A stretch of DNA of 64,000 nt from an uncultured virus (IMG/VR IMGVR_UViG_3300023180_000037). Lineage: Duplodnaviria > Heunggongvirae > Uroviricota > Caudoviricetes. The DNA is taken from IMG/VR virus record IMGVR_UViG_3300023180_000037; one strand, given 5' to 3'. Below, piece after piece: positions 1-8,583 of this stretch. The notes below the pieces were generated by a model that had not been told where the DNA came from, searched no databases, and saw nothing but the letters and a program-made list of their open reading frames with translations. The first letter of the stretch is position 1. Each line of letters begins with the position of its first letter. The position numbers and the translations under genes were made by a program.

Positions 1-2
1 TA

Positions 3-215
3 TCACCTGATGCTGCGGATATAATGATTCGCCGTGCTGCTGCTCTGGCATGCCCCACTGATTTGTACCTATGTAATAAACACTTTGAGTTTATCAAAGA
101 GTATTATCCATGGCCAGTAGAGGCGAGAGATAGTTTCACCAGCATACAAACTGAGACAGGTTGCCTTGCTAAACACAACTATCAGAAAAACCAAAAGAGT
201 TATAAAATTCTATGA
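3..215 (+). CDS. Glycosyltransferase family 25-like protein, C-terminal fragment (open at window edge)
   Basis: Frame is open from the window start (SPDAADIMIRRA...PTDLYL...EYYPWPV). It parallels the C-terminus of the GT25-like ORF 3637-4410 (KPEAAKAF...NDVYI...EYYPFPI). Confidence 0.55.
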   Translation, partial: SPDAADIMIRRAAALACPTDLYLCNKHFEFIKEYYPWPVEARDSFTSIQTETGCLAKHNYQKNQKSYKIL

Positions 216-859
216 GAAAATATTTTCTGACAGGTTGTGATAAGAATACCGAGTGGCAGTTGCCTTGGTTTGTTCAAAACTTTCATCGTCATTGCGATGA
301 GGATCTGGTAATTGCTGACTTCGGTATGTCTGCACAGATGAGCGAGTATGCTAAAGAATGCTCAGTCAAAGTTATGAAATGTAAGTCTGATGGGTGGTTC
401 ACTAAAGTCGAAGCAATGATAAAATTGCAAACCATGTTCTCGGGCAGTTATTGCTGGTTAGATACAGATTGCGAAGTTCGCGCAGATCCTTCTAGCATTT
501 TTAATTGGGTTGAACCAAACAAACTTACAATGGTCATTGATCACCCTTGGAGTACACGTCGACCAGAGTTGGGTCACTGGTATAACTCCGGAGTCGTTGC
601 GTTTCAAAACAGTCCAGCGATACTACATGACTGGTACAAAGAATGTAAAACTGGTAGACATGTTGGCGACCAAGAGGCACTACACTCTATGATGGGCGGC
701 GACATAATGAAAAAGACTATACATATTTCAGAGGCACCTCATAAGTTTAACGTGCTTCGCATTGATATAATAGATAATGTGGCGCCACCGAATCCAATTA
801 TCATGCATTGGACAGGGCAGAAAGGCAAACTTGAAATTAAGAAGCAAATGGGACTATGA
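212..859 (+). CDS. GT-A fold glycosyltransferase (GT8/nucleotide-diphospho-sugar transferase-like)
   Basis: DxD motif WLDTDCEV, YNSGVVAF, GDQEALH and IMHWTG motifs typical of GT8-like enzymes. Confidence 0.7.
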   Translation: MRKYFLTGCDKNTEWQLPWFVQNFHRHCDEDLVIADFGMSAQMSEYAKECSVKVMKCKSDGWFTKVEAMIKLQTMFSGSYCWLDTDCEVRADPSSIFNWVEPNKLTMVIDHPWSTRRPELGHWYNSGVVAFQNSPAILHDWYKECKTGRHVGDQEALHSMMGGDIMKKTIHISEAPHKFNVLRIDIIDNVAPPNPIIMHWTGQKGKLEIKKQMGL

Positions 860-1485
860 CTAAGAAGATTCACATACTCGGTAATGGCGACATGTCGCAG
901 ATGATGCCAGAGAAGTGGCGTTATGAGCGCGACGGAAAACTTTTAATTTGTAATCAACCACCGTTCGAAGTGCACAATGTTTATGCCACTGTCATGGTAG
1001 ATTTCAAAATGATGGCAGCTCTGGACGAAGGTTCTGTCAACCTAGATCGTTATTATTGGGTTTTGGGCAATCGACCAAAAATTTGGTGCGACCAGAATCC
1101 AGGATTCTTTATGAAGCATTCTGGGCACATCCGAGAGTTCTACACCGATGTACCTAAATATTGTGGACCAGATCCCATGCAGGCGGCAACTAATTTTAAT
1201 TGCGGGCATATGGCGGCACACTATGCCGCGAGAAGGCACAAACCCGATGAGATTCATATGTATGGGTTCGACTCGATATTTGATCACAACATGAGGTCGT
1301 ACACCGATACGGTTTTGAGCAGTGATCGAAGCGGAGGCAACAATTTCCGTCTCCTTGATATCTGGCGACCTATTTGGTTGAACATTTTTAAAGAGTTCTC
1401 AGACATCAAATTTATCCTATACCATAAACATCCGAACGCCAAGATCCAGATATTTGATAATATGGAGTTCCGGACGAAAGTCTAA
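856..1485 (+). CDS. Putative sugar-transferase-like protein (DUF115/sialyltransferase-like Rossmann fold)
   Basis: N-terminal IHILGNG, ICN, NCGHMAAHYA and IHMYGFD motifs; overlaps the upstream GT gene by 4 nt. Confidence 0.4.
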   Translation: MTKKIHILGNGDMSQMMPEKWRYERDGKLLICNQPPFEVHNVYATVMVDFKMMAALDEGSVNLDRYYWVLGNRPKIWCDQNPGFFMKHSGHIREFYTDVPKYCGPDPMQAATNFNCGHMAAHYAARRHKPDEIHMYGFDSIFDHNMRSYTDTVLSSDRSGGNNFRLLDIWRPIWLNIFKEFSDIKFILYHKHPNAKIQIFDNMEFRTKV

Positions 1486-1495
1486 GTTATTGATT
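1483..1495 (-). promoter_or_regulatory. IHF consensus site
   Basis: Reverse complement AATCAATAACTTA matches WATCAANNNNTTR exactly, about 20 nt upstream of a -35 box. Confidence 0.45.
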
Positions 1496-1514
1496 TTATT
1501 ACAGTTTTTTCGAT

Positions 1515-1543
1515 TTGCTTTTTCAGTCATTTTAGGGCATAAT
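1515..1543 (+). promoter_or_regulatory. Sigma70-type early promoter
   Basis: TTGCTT-N17-CATAAT in an intergenic gap, followed by AAGGAAG and the ATG at 1574. Confidence 0.65.
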
Positions 1544-1573
1544 AGTCTCATAGGTTGATAAAGGAAGAGAGAA

Positions 1574-2077
1574 ATGTTTGCAGTTATTCAGACCCAACAC
1601 CTCGAGAACTACGGTGCCCACGACTGGGACGGTGAGGGCGAGTGCCCTCAGTACTGGAAACCCAAGGGTGGTAACACCTACATCTTCACCTGCTCCGTTG
1701 AGGAGAACATGGATCCCAAGTGGTGGGAGCGTGTCGAAGCTGCTTGCACCAGCAAGAGCGAGTACTTCGAGGAGTACTCTGTTGGTGAGACTGTGGTCGA
1801 TGATATCGACTTCAACGTCGCCGACCACTGCGCTGAGTGGGATGCTCCCTATTATGGCACGGTCAAGGAGGATCGTATCTCCTTTCACCGCACTACCAAC
1901 AACACGGAGTACGGTTACTTGCGCAAGGAAATTGCCAAGCAGTTTGAAGCACATGATGTGCTCAACGATGGCACGACCGATCACCATGGCGTCTCTTATG
2001 AGATGGTCAATGGTGACGTTGTTCTTTTCTCTGAACTTCGTGCTTGGTTGGATGCCCACGTTAAGGAGGCTGCGTAA
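1574..2077 (+). CDS. Hypothetical early protein (167 aa, acidic)
   Basis: ORF with RBS downstream of a promoter; ENYGAHDWDGEGECPQYWKPKGG N-terminus. Confidence 0.75.
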   Translation: MFAVIQTQHLENYGAHDWDGEGECPQYWKPKGGNTYIFTCSVEENMDPKWWERVEAACTSKSEYFEEYSVGETVVDDIDFNVADHCAEWDAPYYGTVKEDRISFHRTTNNTEYGYLRKEIAKQFEAHDVLNDGTTDHHGVSYEMVNGDVVLFSELRAWLDAHVKEAA

Positions 2078-2277
2078 TGAACAAGAGACACGGTAGTCCG
2101 TACGATCGTGGTTCCGCTGATTCATATTATCAGCGTGGTCCTCGCCCTCACTACTTCAAAGGCGACACTTACAACAGTCCCGAAGTGCTTGAGGCAGATA
2201 TGACCGAAGCAGAAATACGCGAGTATTTCCTAGGTTATGAGGAAAATGAAAAGATCCAAAACTTCAAGGAGTGGTAA
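2077..2277 (+). CDS. Hypothetical phage protein (66 aa)
   Basis: TAATG coupling and AAGGAGG RBS; RHGSPYDRGSADSYY motif. Confidence 0.7.
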   Translation: MNKRHGSPYDRGSADSYYQRGPRPHYFKGDTYNSPEVLEADMTEAEIREYFLGYEENEKIQNFKEW

Positions 2278-2278
2278 G

Positions 2279-2806
2279 ATGGAAGACCCCACGCCAAAAT
2301 ATTTCACAGCACTTTTTATTTTCCTGATAATAATACTTGCTGTTTGGTCACCACCTACACTTGCTTCTGATCGAGATGGTGCGAGGTTCTGTCTCGCTCA
2401 AAATATGTATTTTGAAGCAGGTAATCAGTCAATCGCAGGCAAGATTGCTGTTTCGCAAGTTGTGTTTAATCGCGTATTAAACGATAATTTCCCTAATTCA
2501 GTATGCGAAGTCATCTACCAAGCAAAGTTGAGTAAGTGGCACCTCGCCAACGGTCGCGAAGTGCCGTTACGCAACAAGTGCCAGTTTAGTTGGTACTGCG
2601 ACGGTAAGTCTGACAAACCAGTTGATAGTGTTACTTGGGAAGAGTCATTGCGTTTAGCACAAACAATACTTGAGGCACAAGCATCGCCATATTGGACTGA
2701 CTTCACTGACGGTGCTCTGTGGTATCATGCAGATTATGTGACTCCGTATTGGGCAAATTCACTTAATAAAACGAGCGTGATTGACGATCACATATTCTAC
2801 AAATGA
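2279..2806 (+). CDS. Cell wall hydrolase, SleB/Hydrolase_2 family, with N-terminal hydrophobic anchor
   Basis: CLAQNMYFEA, VSQVVFNRV, FPNSVCEVIYQ, CQFSWYCDG, GALWYHADYV and HIFYK motifs; ATG 2279 follows AAGGAG. Confidence 0.85.
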   Translation: MEDPTPKYFTALFIFLIIILAVWSPPTLASDRDGARFCLAQNMYFEAGNQSIAGKIAVSQVVFNRVLNDNFPNSVCEVIYQAKLSKWHLANGREVPLRNKCQFSWYCDGKSDKPVDSVTWEESLRLAQTILEAQASPYWTDFTDGALWYHADYVTPYWANSLNKTSVIDDHIFYK

Positions 2807-3090
2807 AAACTCCATTAAAACCATTAGCATATTCTAGACCGCCTCTCAATGTGTTCGGGAGGCAGTTGTATAACGGCATAGTCAACTTAAAATACCTTGA
2901 CGAAAATAAAGAAGAAGTTGAGGTCAACATAACACTGGTAAAGTTTGACCCTGAAGCATATAAACCAGATCCTTCAGACGACGAAAATTTTTATCAGGTT
3001 TGGGATGTTGATGCCAAACGCTGGATAGAGTTTGACTGGCGAAACCTAACTGAATACAACGGGAGAGTTGACAATGCCAAAAGATCTTGA
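2803..3090 (+). CDS. Hypothetical protein, possibly Sm-like/WYL_2 fold
   Basis: VWDVDAKRWIEF resembles the VWDxxxxxWRSF motif of small T4-like phage proteins. Confidence 0.45.
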   Translation: MKTPLKPLAYSRPPLNVFGRQLYNGIVNLKYLDENKEEVEVNITLVKFDPEAYKPDPSDDENFYQVWDVDAKRWIEFDWRNLTEYNGRVDNAKRS

Positions 3091-3652
3091 TCACTTGCTA
3101 ACACCTGCTCAAAAGAGAGCAAAGACCATGGAAGCAAAGAAGAAGTCCATGCTTGAACAGATGGGTGTTGAAGATCGCAAACCGACCAAGGTGAAGCGGA
3201 AACGTAAACCCATGACGCCTGAACAGAAGATCGCAGCAGCAGAGCGTCTCGCGCTCGCGCGTGCGAAGAGGAACGTCGGTAAGGAACCAAACGCACACCC
3301 TCGCGTGTTGGCATTTGATCCGGATCACCCTCTGTCGTATGTAAACAGCAAGGCGATACTCAAAGAGTGGCGCGAGAAGTTAAAAAGCATTCGCCATCAA
3401 AAAGATTCTAAGGATTCTAAACAGCGGCAAGAATACCAAATCGCCGAAGCATATGTTAAGAACCTTGGCATCTGGATTAGAGACGGTGTTTGGTGCGACC
3501 ATAAATATGGCGCAGCAAGGCAAAACACCATGGAATACGTTTGCATTGCCCCAGCAAAAGACAAGGATGGTAATATCAAACGTGACGTTGGTACATACTA
3601 TCCGGATATTCGAGCGGTATGGACTAAAGAGATGGCATGCGAAGTTTCATAA
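3074..3652 (+). CDS. Hypothetical basic protein
   Basis: Long ORF with a GGAG RBS; KRKRKPMTPEQKIAAAERLALARAKR segment. Confidence 0.7.
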   Translation: MPKDLDHLLTPAQKRAKTMEAKKKSMLEQMGVEDRKPTKVKRKRKPMTPEQKIAAAERLALARAKRNVGKEPNAHPRVLAFDPDHPLSYVNSKAILKEWREKLKSIRHQKDSKDSKQRQEYQIAEAYVKNLGIWIRDGVWCDHKYGAARQNTMEYVCIAPAKDKDGNIKRDVGTYYPDIRAVWTKEMACEVS

Positions 3653-4410
3653 TAACTCTGGAGAATATAGAATTTTCTAGAAACAACGCAGAACTTTGTA
3701 GGGAGTCTGCTAGGAGAGTTGGATATAAACCTGAGATAGAACATTTTAAAGGAGTGTTCGCTGGAGAGTGGAAAAAGCACCTCCCTAAAACCGCCAATAC
3801 ATATATGTGGAATCTGGTTAAAACCACTGATCCCATTGCTGGTTGTTTTGCCTCACACTATCAGCTGTGGCGGAAATGTATTGAGTTAAACGAACCCATA
3901 TTAATATTGGAGCATGACGCCAAATTCGTAAGTAACATACCAGAAGATCTTGAATTTGACAAATGTATAAACTTTGGCGCACCTTCTTTTTTCCGTGCTG
4001 ATGATTGTAATTTCATAGAACCAAAAGAAGGTGTGCAACCACTGAGGGACGAGATTTTCTTCGGGCATCACGCATATGCAGTAAAACCCGAAGCAGCGAA
4101 AGCGTTTGTTGAAGATGTGGAAAGGGGCAAGAGGATGCTAACTCGCAATGATGTTTATATATCTAAGCAGCACTATCCTTGGTTGGAGGAATATTATCCT
4201 TTCCCAATAACTGCGTATCAGAAATTGAGTACGGTTAATATTAGTGGATTAAAGGTTGACCATAGCATCCTTAATCATGAACCATCAGAAAAACAATGGA
4301 AGTTTAGGGACAAACACTTCCCTAAAATTAGTGCAGAGTATGCACCAAACTTGAGAGTTCTTCATCCAGAAATGAGAGAAGCATTAGGAATTAAAAATGG
4401 AAAATCCTGA
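3637..4410 (+). CDS. Glycosyltransferase family 25
   Basis: GCFASHYQLWRKC, ILILEHDA and HAYAVKPEAAK are GT25 hallmark motifs. Confidence 0.85.
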   Translation: MRSFIITLENIEFSRNNAELCRESARRVGYKPEIEHFKGVFAGEWKKHLPKTANTYMWNLVKTTDPIAGCFASHYQLWRKCIELNEPILILEHDAKFVSNIPEDLEFDKCINFGAPSFFRADDCNFIEPKEGVQPLRDEIFFGHHAYAVKPEAAKAFVEDVERGKRMLTRNDVYISKQHYPWLEEYYPFPITAYQKLSTVNISGLKVDHSILNHEPSEKQWKFRDKHFPKISAEYAPNLRVLHPEMREALGIKNGKS

Positions 4411-4573
4411 ACAGTATGTAGCGATACCGTTACAGATCTTTAACAAAGTTGTTGAATACCTTGGCAATAAACCTTTCAATGAAGTCAGCATCCTTATGGA
4501 AACATTGAAGGAAAATGCTAGAGTTATAGAGACTACTCCGGAGCAAGAACAGGAGGAAGCAGTTGATGAATGA
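4397..4573 (+). CDS. Small hypothetical protein (58 aa; below the ORF track cut-off)
   Basis: MENPEQYVAIPLQIFNKVVEYLGNKPFNEV...; AGGA RBS; fills the gap between the GT25 gene and gp33. Confidence 0.65.
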   Translation: MENPEQYVAIPLQIFNKVVEYLGNKPFNEVSILMETLKENARVIETTPEQEQEEAVDE

Positions 4574-4808
4574 CGAAATAGTAGAAATAGAGTTTATGAC
4601 CAAAAGCAAGTTTGGCAAACTCATAGAAGGCATTGTTCGTGATAAAAAGTTATCTTACATTGATGCTATTGTGTATGCTTGCGAGGAACACAACATTGAG
4701 ATAGAAGATTCTAGGAAATACGTGAACGTTGCGCTCAAGCAGAAGATAGAAGCGGAAGCGATGCAATTAAATTTTTTGGAAAAAAATGCCCAATTACCCT
4801 TTGACTGA
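4566..4808 (+). CDS. gp33: Late promoter transcription co-activator gp33
   Basis: FGKLIEGIV...SYIDAIVYACEEHNIEIE...LKQKIEAEAMQLNFL...LPF; lies upstream of gp32. Confidence 0.9.
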   Translation: MNDEIVEIEFMTKSKFGKLIEGIVRDKKLSYIDAIVYACEEHNIEIEDSRKYVNVALKQKIEAEAMQLNFLEKNAQLPFD

Positions 4809-5373
4809 ACCTTTGCGAAGGGACTTCATTTTCGACGAAGAACAACAGGAACAAATCACTGCTAAGTTGGTTGAACTTGAACCGAAAATGAATCAAGCGC
4901 AAGTCTATAGTAAAGCTGGTGGTGGCGCTCGCGAAGATCGCACCTGCTATAATGTGCCTTTCAGGTATACTGAATTCTTTGATGTTTCTATAGCACTGAG
5001 AGACTTTACTTTAGACTGGTATCCAGAAGCGGAGAATCCCAATCTCTGGTATACACAATTTGAATTTGTGCGATACCTCCCGCCAGCACAAACTTTTGTT
5101 AGGCATCAAGATGATAGGGAAGATAAACCACAACACGATCGACTGTACACCAGTGTTACAATGGTTGATAAGTCTGATGACCTAGATGGCGGGATTCTAA
5201 GGGTATGGTTGCCTAATTCAGATATATCTATAGACGTAGATCTAGAACCATTTGAAACTGTCGTGTTTCCTGCTTACTTTTGGCATGAAGCGACACCTGT
5301 GTTTAAAGGCAGGAGAGTTATAATGATTTCTTGGGGCGGGAGTCGACTCCCTCACCGTGAAAAAAGTGCTTGA
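4786..5373 (+). CDS. 2OG-Fe(II) oxygenase (prolyl-hydroxylase-like)
   Basis: HxD (FVRHQDD), GG.L, VVFPAYFWHEATPV..GRR motif. Confidence 0.85.
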   Translation: MPNYPLTEPLRRDFIFDEEQQEQITAKLVELEPKMNQAQVYSKAGGGAREDRTCYNVPFRYTEFFDVSIALRDFTLDWYPEAENPNLWYTQFEFVRYLPPAQTFVRHQDDREDKPQHDRLYTSVTMVDKSDDLDGGILRVWLPNSDISIDVDLEPFETVVFPAYFWHEATPVFKGRRVIMISWGGSRLPHREKSA

Positions 5374-5405
5374 CATATTGTTCAAAATCAAGTATTATAT
5401 AAATA
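5370..5405 (+). promoter_or_regulatory. Overlapping sigma70 promoter and T4-type late promoter for gp32
   Basis: TTGACA(5370)-N17-TATTAT(5393); TATAAATA at 5398-5405. Confidence 0.75.
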
Positions 5406-5474
5406 TGGTTGAGCGTTATACTGCTCAACATACTTTGAATACACTGTACATTTCAGACATACGGAGAAATACAC

Positions 5475-6383
5475 ATGGACTTAAACGCATTAAAATCACG
5501 TCGATACGACATCAATAAACTGGTTGCTGCTGCTCAAGAAGCAACTGGTGGTTCAACCGAACGTTCCGAAGATACCAATATGTGGAAACCAACTGTCGAT
5601 AAGGCAGGCAATGGTTACGCAGTCATTCGATTCCTTCCTTCCGAAAGTGAAGTACCATGGGTTCGCTACTGGGACCATGGGTTCAAGGGACCAACTGGTA
5701 AGTGGTACATCGAGAAGTCTCTGACCTCACTGGGTCAGCAGGATCCTCTCGGCGAGTATAATTCTAAGTTGTGGAACTCTGGTAACGAGGAAGATCGTGA
5801 ACAGGTTCGTAAGCAGAAACGACGACTCCATTATGTTACTAACATTTTGGTAATCTCTGATCCTTCTGCTCCTGAGAATGAAGGTAAAGTCTTCATGTAT
5901 CAGTTCGGTAAAAAGATCTTTGACAAGATCCAAGACTTGATGCAACCACAGTTTCCTGGAGAGACTCCCGTCGATCCGTTTGACCTGTGGAACGGTGCTG
6001 ACTTCCAACTGAAGATTCGCAACGTTGAAGGGTATCGTAATTATGATCGTTCCGAGTTTAAAGCACCTTCACCATTGTTCGACGGTGACGATGTTCAACT
6101 GCAAGCAGCAGTTAACTCGTTGCATGACATCTCTACCTTTGTCGATCCTGCGAACTATAAGTCGTTTGATCAACTTCAGGCAAAGTTGATGGAAGTGTTG
6201 GGCGAATCTGCCCATACTCCTCAACAGCAAGTAGCGATGGAAACAGTTGCTGATCCAGCACCTGCTCCAGTTGCTGCTGTTCCTGAGATCAAGGTAAGTG
6301 CCGCTGCCACTGCTGAAGAAGCAAGTGATGACGGAGACGAGGATGCTTTCTCTTACTTCCAGAAATTAGCGAACGCTGACTGA
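5475..6383 (+). CDS. gp32: Single-stranded DNA-binding protein gp32
   Basis: WKPTVDKAGNGYAVIRFLP, HGFKGPTGKWYIEKSLT, FGKKIFDKI; acidic tail ending SYFQKLA. Confidence 0.97.
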   Translation: MDLNALKSRRYDINKLVAAAQEATGGSTERSEDTNMWKPTVDKAGNGYAVIRFLPSESEVPWVRYWDHGFKGPTGKWYIEKSLTSLGQQDPLGEYNSKLWNSGNEEDREQVRKQKRRLHYVTNILVISDPSAPENEGKVFMYQFGKKIFDKIQDLMQPQFPGETPVDPFDLWNGADFQLKIRNVEGYRNYDRSEFKAPSPLFDGDDVQLQAAVNSLHDISTFVDPANYKSFDQLQAKLMEVLGESAHTPQQQVAMETVADPAPAPVAAVPEIKVSAAATAEEASDDGDEDAFSYFQKLANAD

Positions 6384-6393
6384 TTGGGAAGAC

Positions 6394-6416
6394 AGGGCAC
6401 TTCGGTGCCCTTTTTT
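6394..6416 (+). terminator. Intrinsic terminator
   Basis: AGGGCAC-TTCG-GTGCCCT followed by a T tract, between convergent genes. Confidence 0.9.
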
Positions 6417-6678
6417 ATTTTACCTTTACAATGTCAAATCCGACAGGTTCCACTGTCTCGACTTTGTACACCTTTTTTTCTAGTGTAGTAAAACGGAACA
6501 CGCACTTGTCTTTGCTGACTAGTGGTTTCCTTTTACATTTAAAGGTTTTAGGGTTCGCGCTGAATAACTTAGAACCGTCCTGACGTTCCTCAATGGGACC
6601 AGGAAAATAGATGGTGATCTCGTATCGGTCTATAAAGAGCGACTTGATCCATTCCCAAATTTTATGATGTATTTTCAT
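6415..6678 (-). CDS. Hypothetical protein (87 aa)
   Basis: ATG at 6678 just downstream of a minus-strand CTAAATA box; fills the gap between gp32 and gp2. Confidence 0.65.
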   Translation of the reverse strand: MKIHHKIWEWIKSLFIDRYEITIYFPGPIEERQDGSKLFSANPKTFKCKRKPLVSKDKCVFRFTTLEKKVYKVETVEPVGFDIVKVK

Positions 6679-6683
6679 GTAAG

Positions 6684-6698
6684 TATTTAGTATAAATA
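6684..6698. promoter_or_regulatory. Back-to-back divergent late promoters
   Basis: TATTTAG (CTAAATA on minus) abuts TATAAATA on plus. Confidence 0.7.
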
Positions 6699-6704
6699 CA
6701 TCGT

Positions 6705-7310
6705 ATGGATGAGAACCTGTTCGAAAAATACAAAGACCTTCTTGAGCAAGATGGTATCGAAGCACACTCTAAACTTTCGCAAGAGTGGTTTTACGACAGG
6801 ATTCGCGAAATAAATAGAGAACAAGTGGATCGCCAAAGCATTGTCAGGAATCCACCGATTAAGATGGCGGCGAATCAGTTTAAAGGCAGGATGTACTTAT
6901 TTCGCTACAATCCTGTTGGTAGGCAAAAAATGCCATACTTTGACAGGTTCCCTTTGGTGATTATGTTGGATATCTACGATGGCGGTTTTATGGGATTGAA
7001 CCTACATTACCTCCCGATAGATTTGCGCCAAAGGTTGTTCTACAATTTACTTAATCGTGCAAGTCAAAGCGAGTTTAGATGGAATACATATTTGAAAATA
7101 GATTATGATTATCTAAAATCTAGAACGCAACTGAGAGCACATAAAGCATGCATCAAGCGATATCGTTACGATCAGATATATGGTAGAATGGCAAACGTGC
7201 CAGCGCCAGAATGGGAAGTTGCTGTACACTTACCACTCGCTTCATGGCGTAAGGCAGCAGAATCAAGAGTTTATAAAGACAGTAGAGAAATCGCTAGGAA
7301 AAAGACATGA
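6705..7310 (+). CDS. gp2: DNA end protector protein gp2
   Basis: GRMYLFRYNP, PYFDRFPLV, GFMGLNLHYLP and CIKRY motifs. Confidence 0.9.
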   Translation: MDENLFEKYKDLLEQDGIEAHSKLSQEWFYDRIREINREQVDRQSIVRNPPIKMAANQFKGRMYLFRYNPVGRQKMPYFDRFPLVIMLDIYDGGFMGLNLHYLPIDLRQRLFYNLLNRASQSEFRWNTYLKIDYDYLKSRTQLRAHKACIKRYRYDQIYGRMANVPAPEWEVAVHLPLASWRKAAESRVYKDSREIARKKT

Positions 7311-7852
7311 GTTTTAGTACAAATACCCTTCGCGGAAGATTTGAACAAGAGAGCGGACCAGCATATATCAACCGATGGGAAGTCAAACTTCCTTTAGTGG
7401 CAGGTAGCACACCATCCGGCGACTTTGTAGATTTCCAACCTTCGCAACCTGTAAACGAATTATGTACCCAAGTTTCCTTGCCTTCTAAAACTCTTGCGAC
7501 GTTAGATCGTCAGATAGGTCTAGAACCAATAAAGGTTGCTTCTGGGTACACTTTTAGTGCAGTGTCAATGACGTTTTATCTCACTCAAAATTATGTTGCT
7601 CGAAAATATTGGCAAGCATGGATGGATAGGATAGTTAATCCTACGCCACCGTACACTGTCGGATACCGAGATAACTATGTTGAAGAAATAAAAATTTCTC
7701 AACTAGATAAACTTGGCGCAAAGAAATACACAATAACGCTGGAAGGTGCATACCCTACAGCAATCAATGAAATTGAATTTAACAACCAACAAGCTGGCGC
7801 TGTTGGAGAATTGACTGTTACGGTAGATTTTAGTCACTATACAGTATCATAA
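7307..7852 (+). CDS. gp54: Baseplate tail-tube initiator (gp54 / gp19-fold)
   Basis: Tube-fold motifs (CTQVSLPSK, WQAWMD, GAYPTAI, LTVTVDF); synteny between gp2 and gp26. Confidence 0.7.
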   Translation: MSFSTNTLRGRFEQESGPAYINRWEVKLPLVAGSTPSGDFVDFQPSQPVNELCTQVSLPSKTLATLDRQIGLEPIKVASGYTFSAVSMTFYLTQNYVARKYWQAWMDRIVNPTPPYTVGYRDNYVEEIKISQLDKLGAKKYTITLEGAYPTAINEIEFNNQQAGAVGELTVTVDFSHYTVS

Positions 7853-7869
7853 CATTATCGGAGAATATC

Positions 7870-8583
7870 ATGGCGTTACCACGCATTAATGAAACTTTGA
7901 ATTTTACTATGAATATCCCGTCAACGGGACAAAAAGTAAAATACAGACCCTACCTCGTAAAAGAAGAAAAAGTTCTACTTCAAGCATTCGAGTCGAAAGA
8001 CCCCAAGACATGCCTTGAGGCGATGTGCGACACTATCACTGCTTGCCTAGATCCTTCTGAAAAAATTGTGGTACAAGAACTTGCGACTTTTGACATTGAG
8101 TATTTGTTTACACAATTACGTTCGAAGTCTGTAGGCGAGATGTCGACAATTTATATTCGATGCAGAGAATGCGAGCAATCAAACGAGTACCATATTAATC
8201 TTGAAGAATTAGAGATTCCTGTAGAGAGGGAAAAGAATATTATCAAAATTACTGATAGTATTTCAGTAGAGATGAGATACCCTACATTCAACTCTATGGT
8301 AGAGGGCGACGTCGACGGTGCTCGTAATGATGTTTCTGCTGCTATTGACCTAGTGGCAAAGTCAGTCACCGCTGTGATCACTGCTGAAGAGAGGATCGAC
8401 ACTTCCGATCTTGCACAACAAGAAGTAGTTGAGTTCTTAAACTCAATGACTGCTACACAAATAAAAAATATCACAGATTTTCTTCAAGAAAGTCCAGCAC
8501 TAAAACATACAGCAGAGTTTGATTGTATTAAGTGCGCCACGAATAACGTACTAGAACTGAAAGGGTTGTCTGATTTTTTCTGA
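7870..8583 (+). CDS. gp26: Baseplate hub subunit / assembly protein gp26
   Basis: MALP, IPSTGQKVKYRPYLVKEEKVLL, FDIEYLFTQLRSKSVGE, two CxxC pairs; ends GLSDFF. Confidence 0.9.
   Translation: MALPRINETLNFTMNIPSTGQKVKYRPYLVKEEKVLLQAFESKDPKTCLEAMCDTITACLDPSEKIVVQELATFDIEYLFTQLRSKSVGEMSTIYIRCRECEQSNEYHINLEELEIPVEREKNIIKITDSISVEMRYPTFNSMVEGDVDGARNDVSAAIDLVAKSVTAVITAEERIDTSDLAQQEVVEFLNSMTATQIKNITDFLQESPALKHTAEFDCIKCATNNVLELKGLSDFF

Noticed and set aside
6679..6765. Longer 116-aa version of the minus-strand ORF given in the track
   Set aside because: It would overlap gp2 and both promoters; ATG 6678 next to the late box is more plausible.
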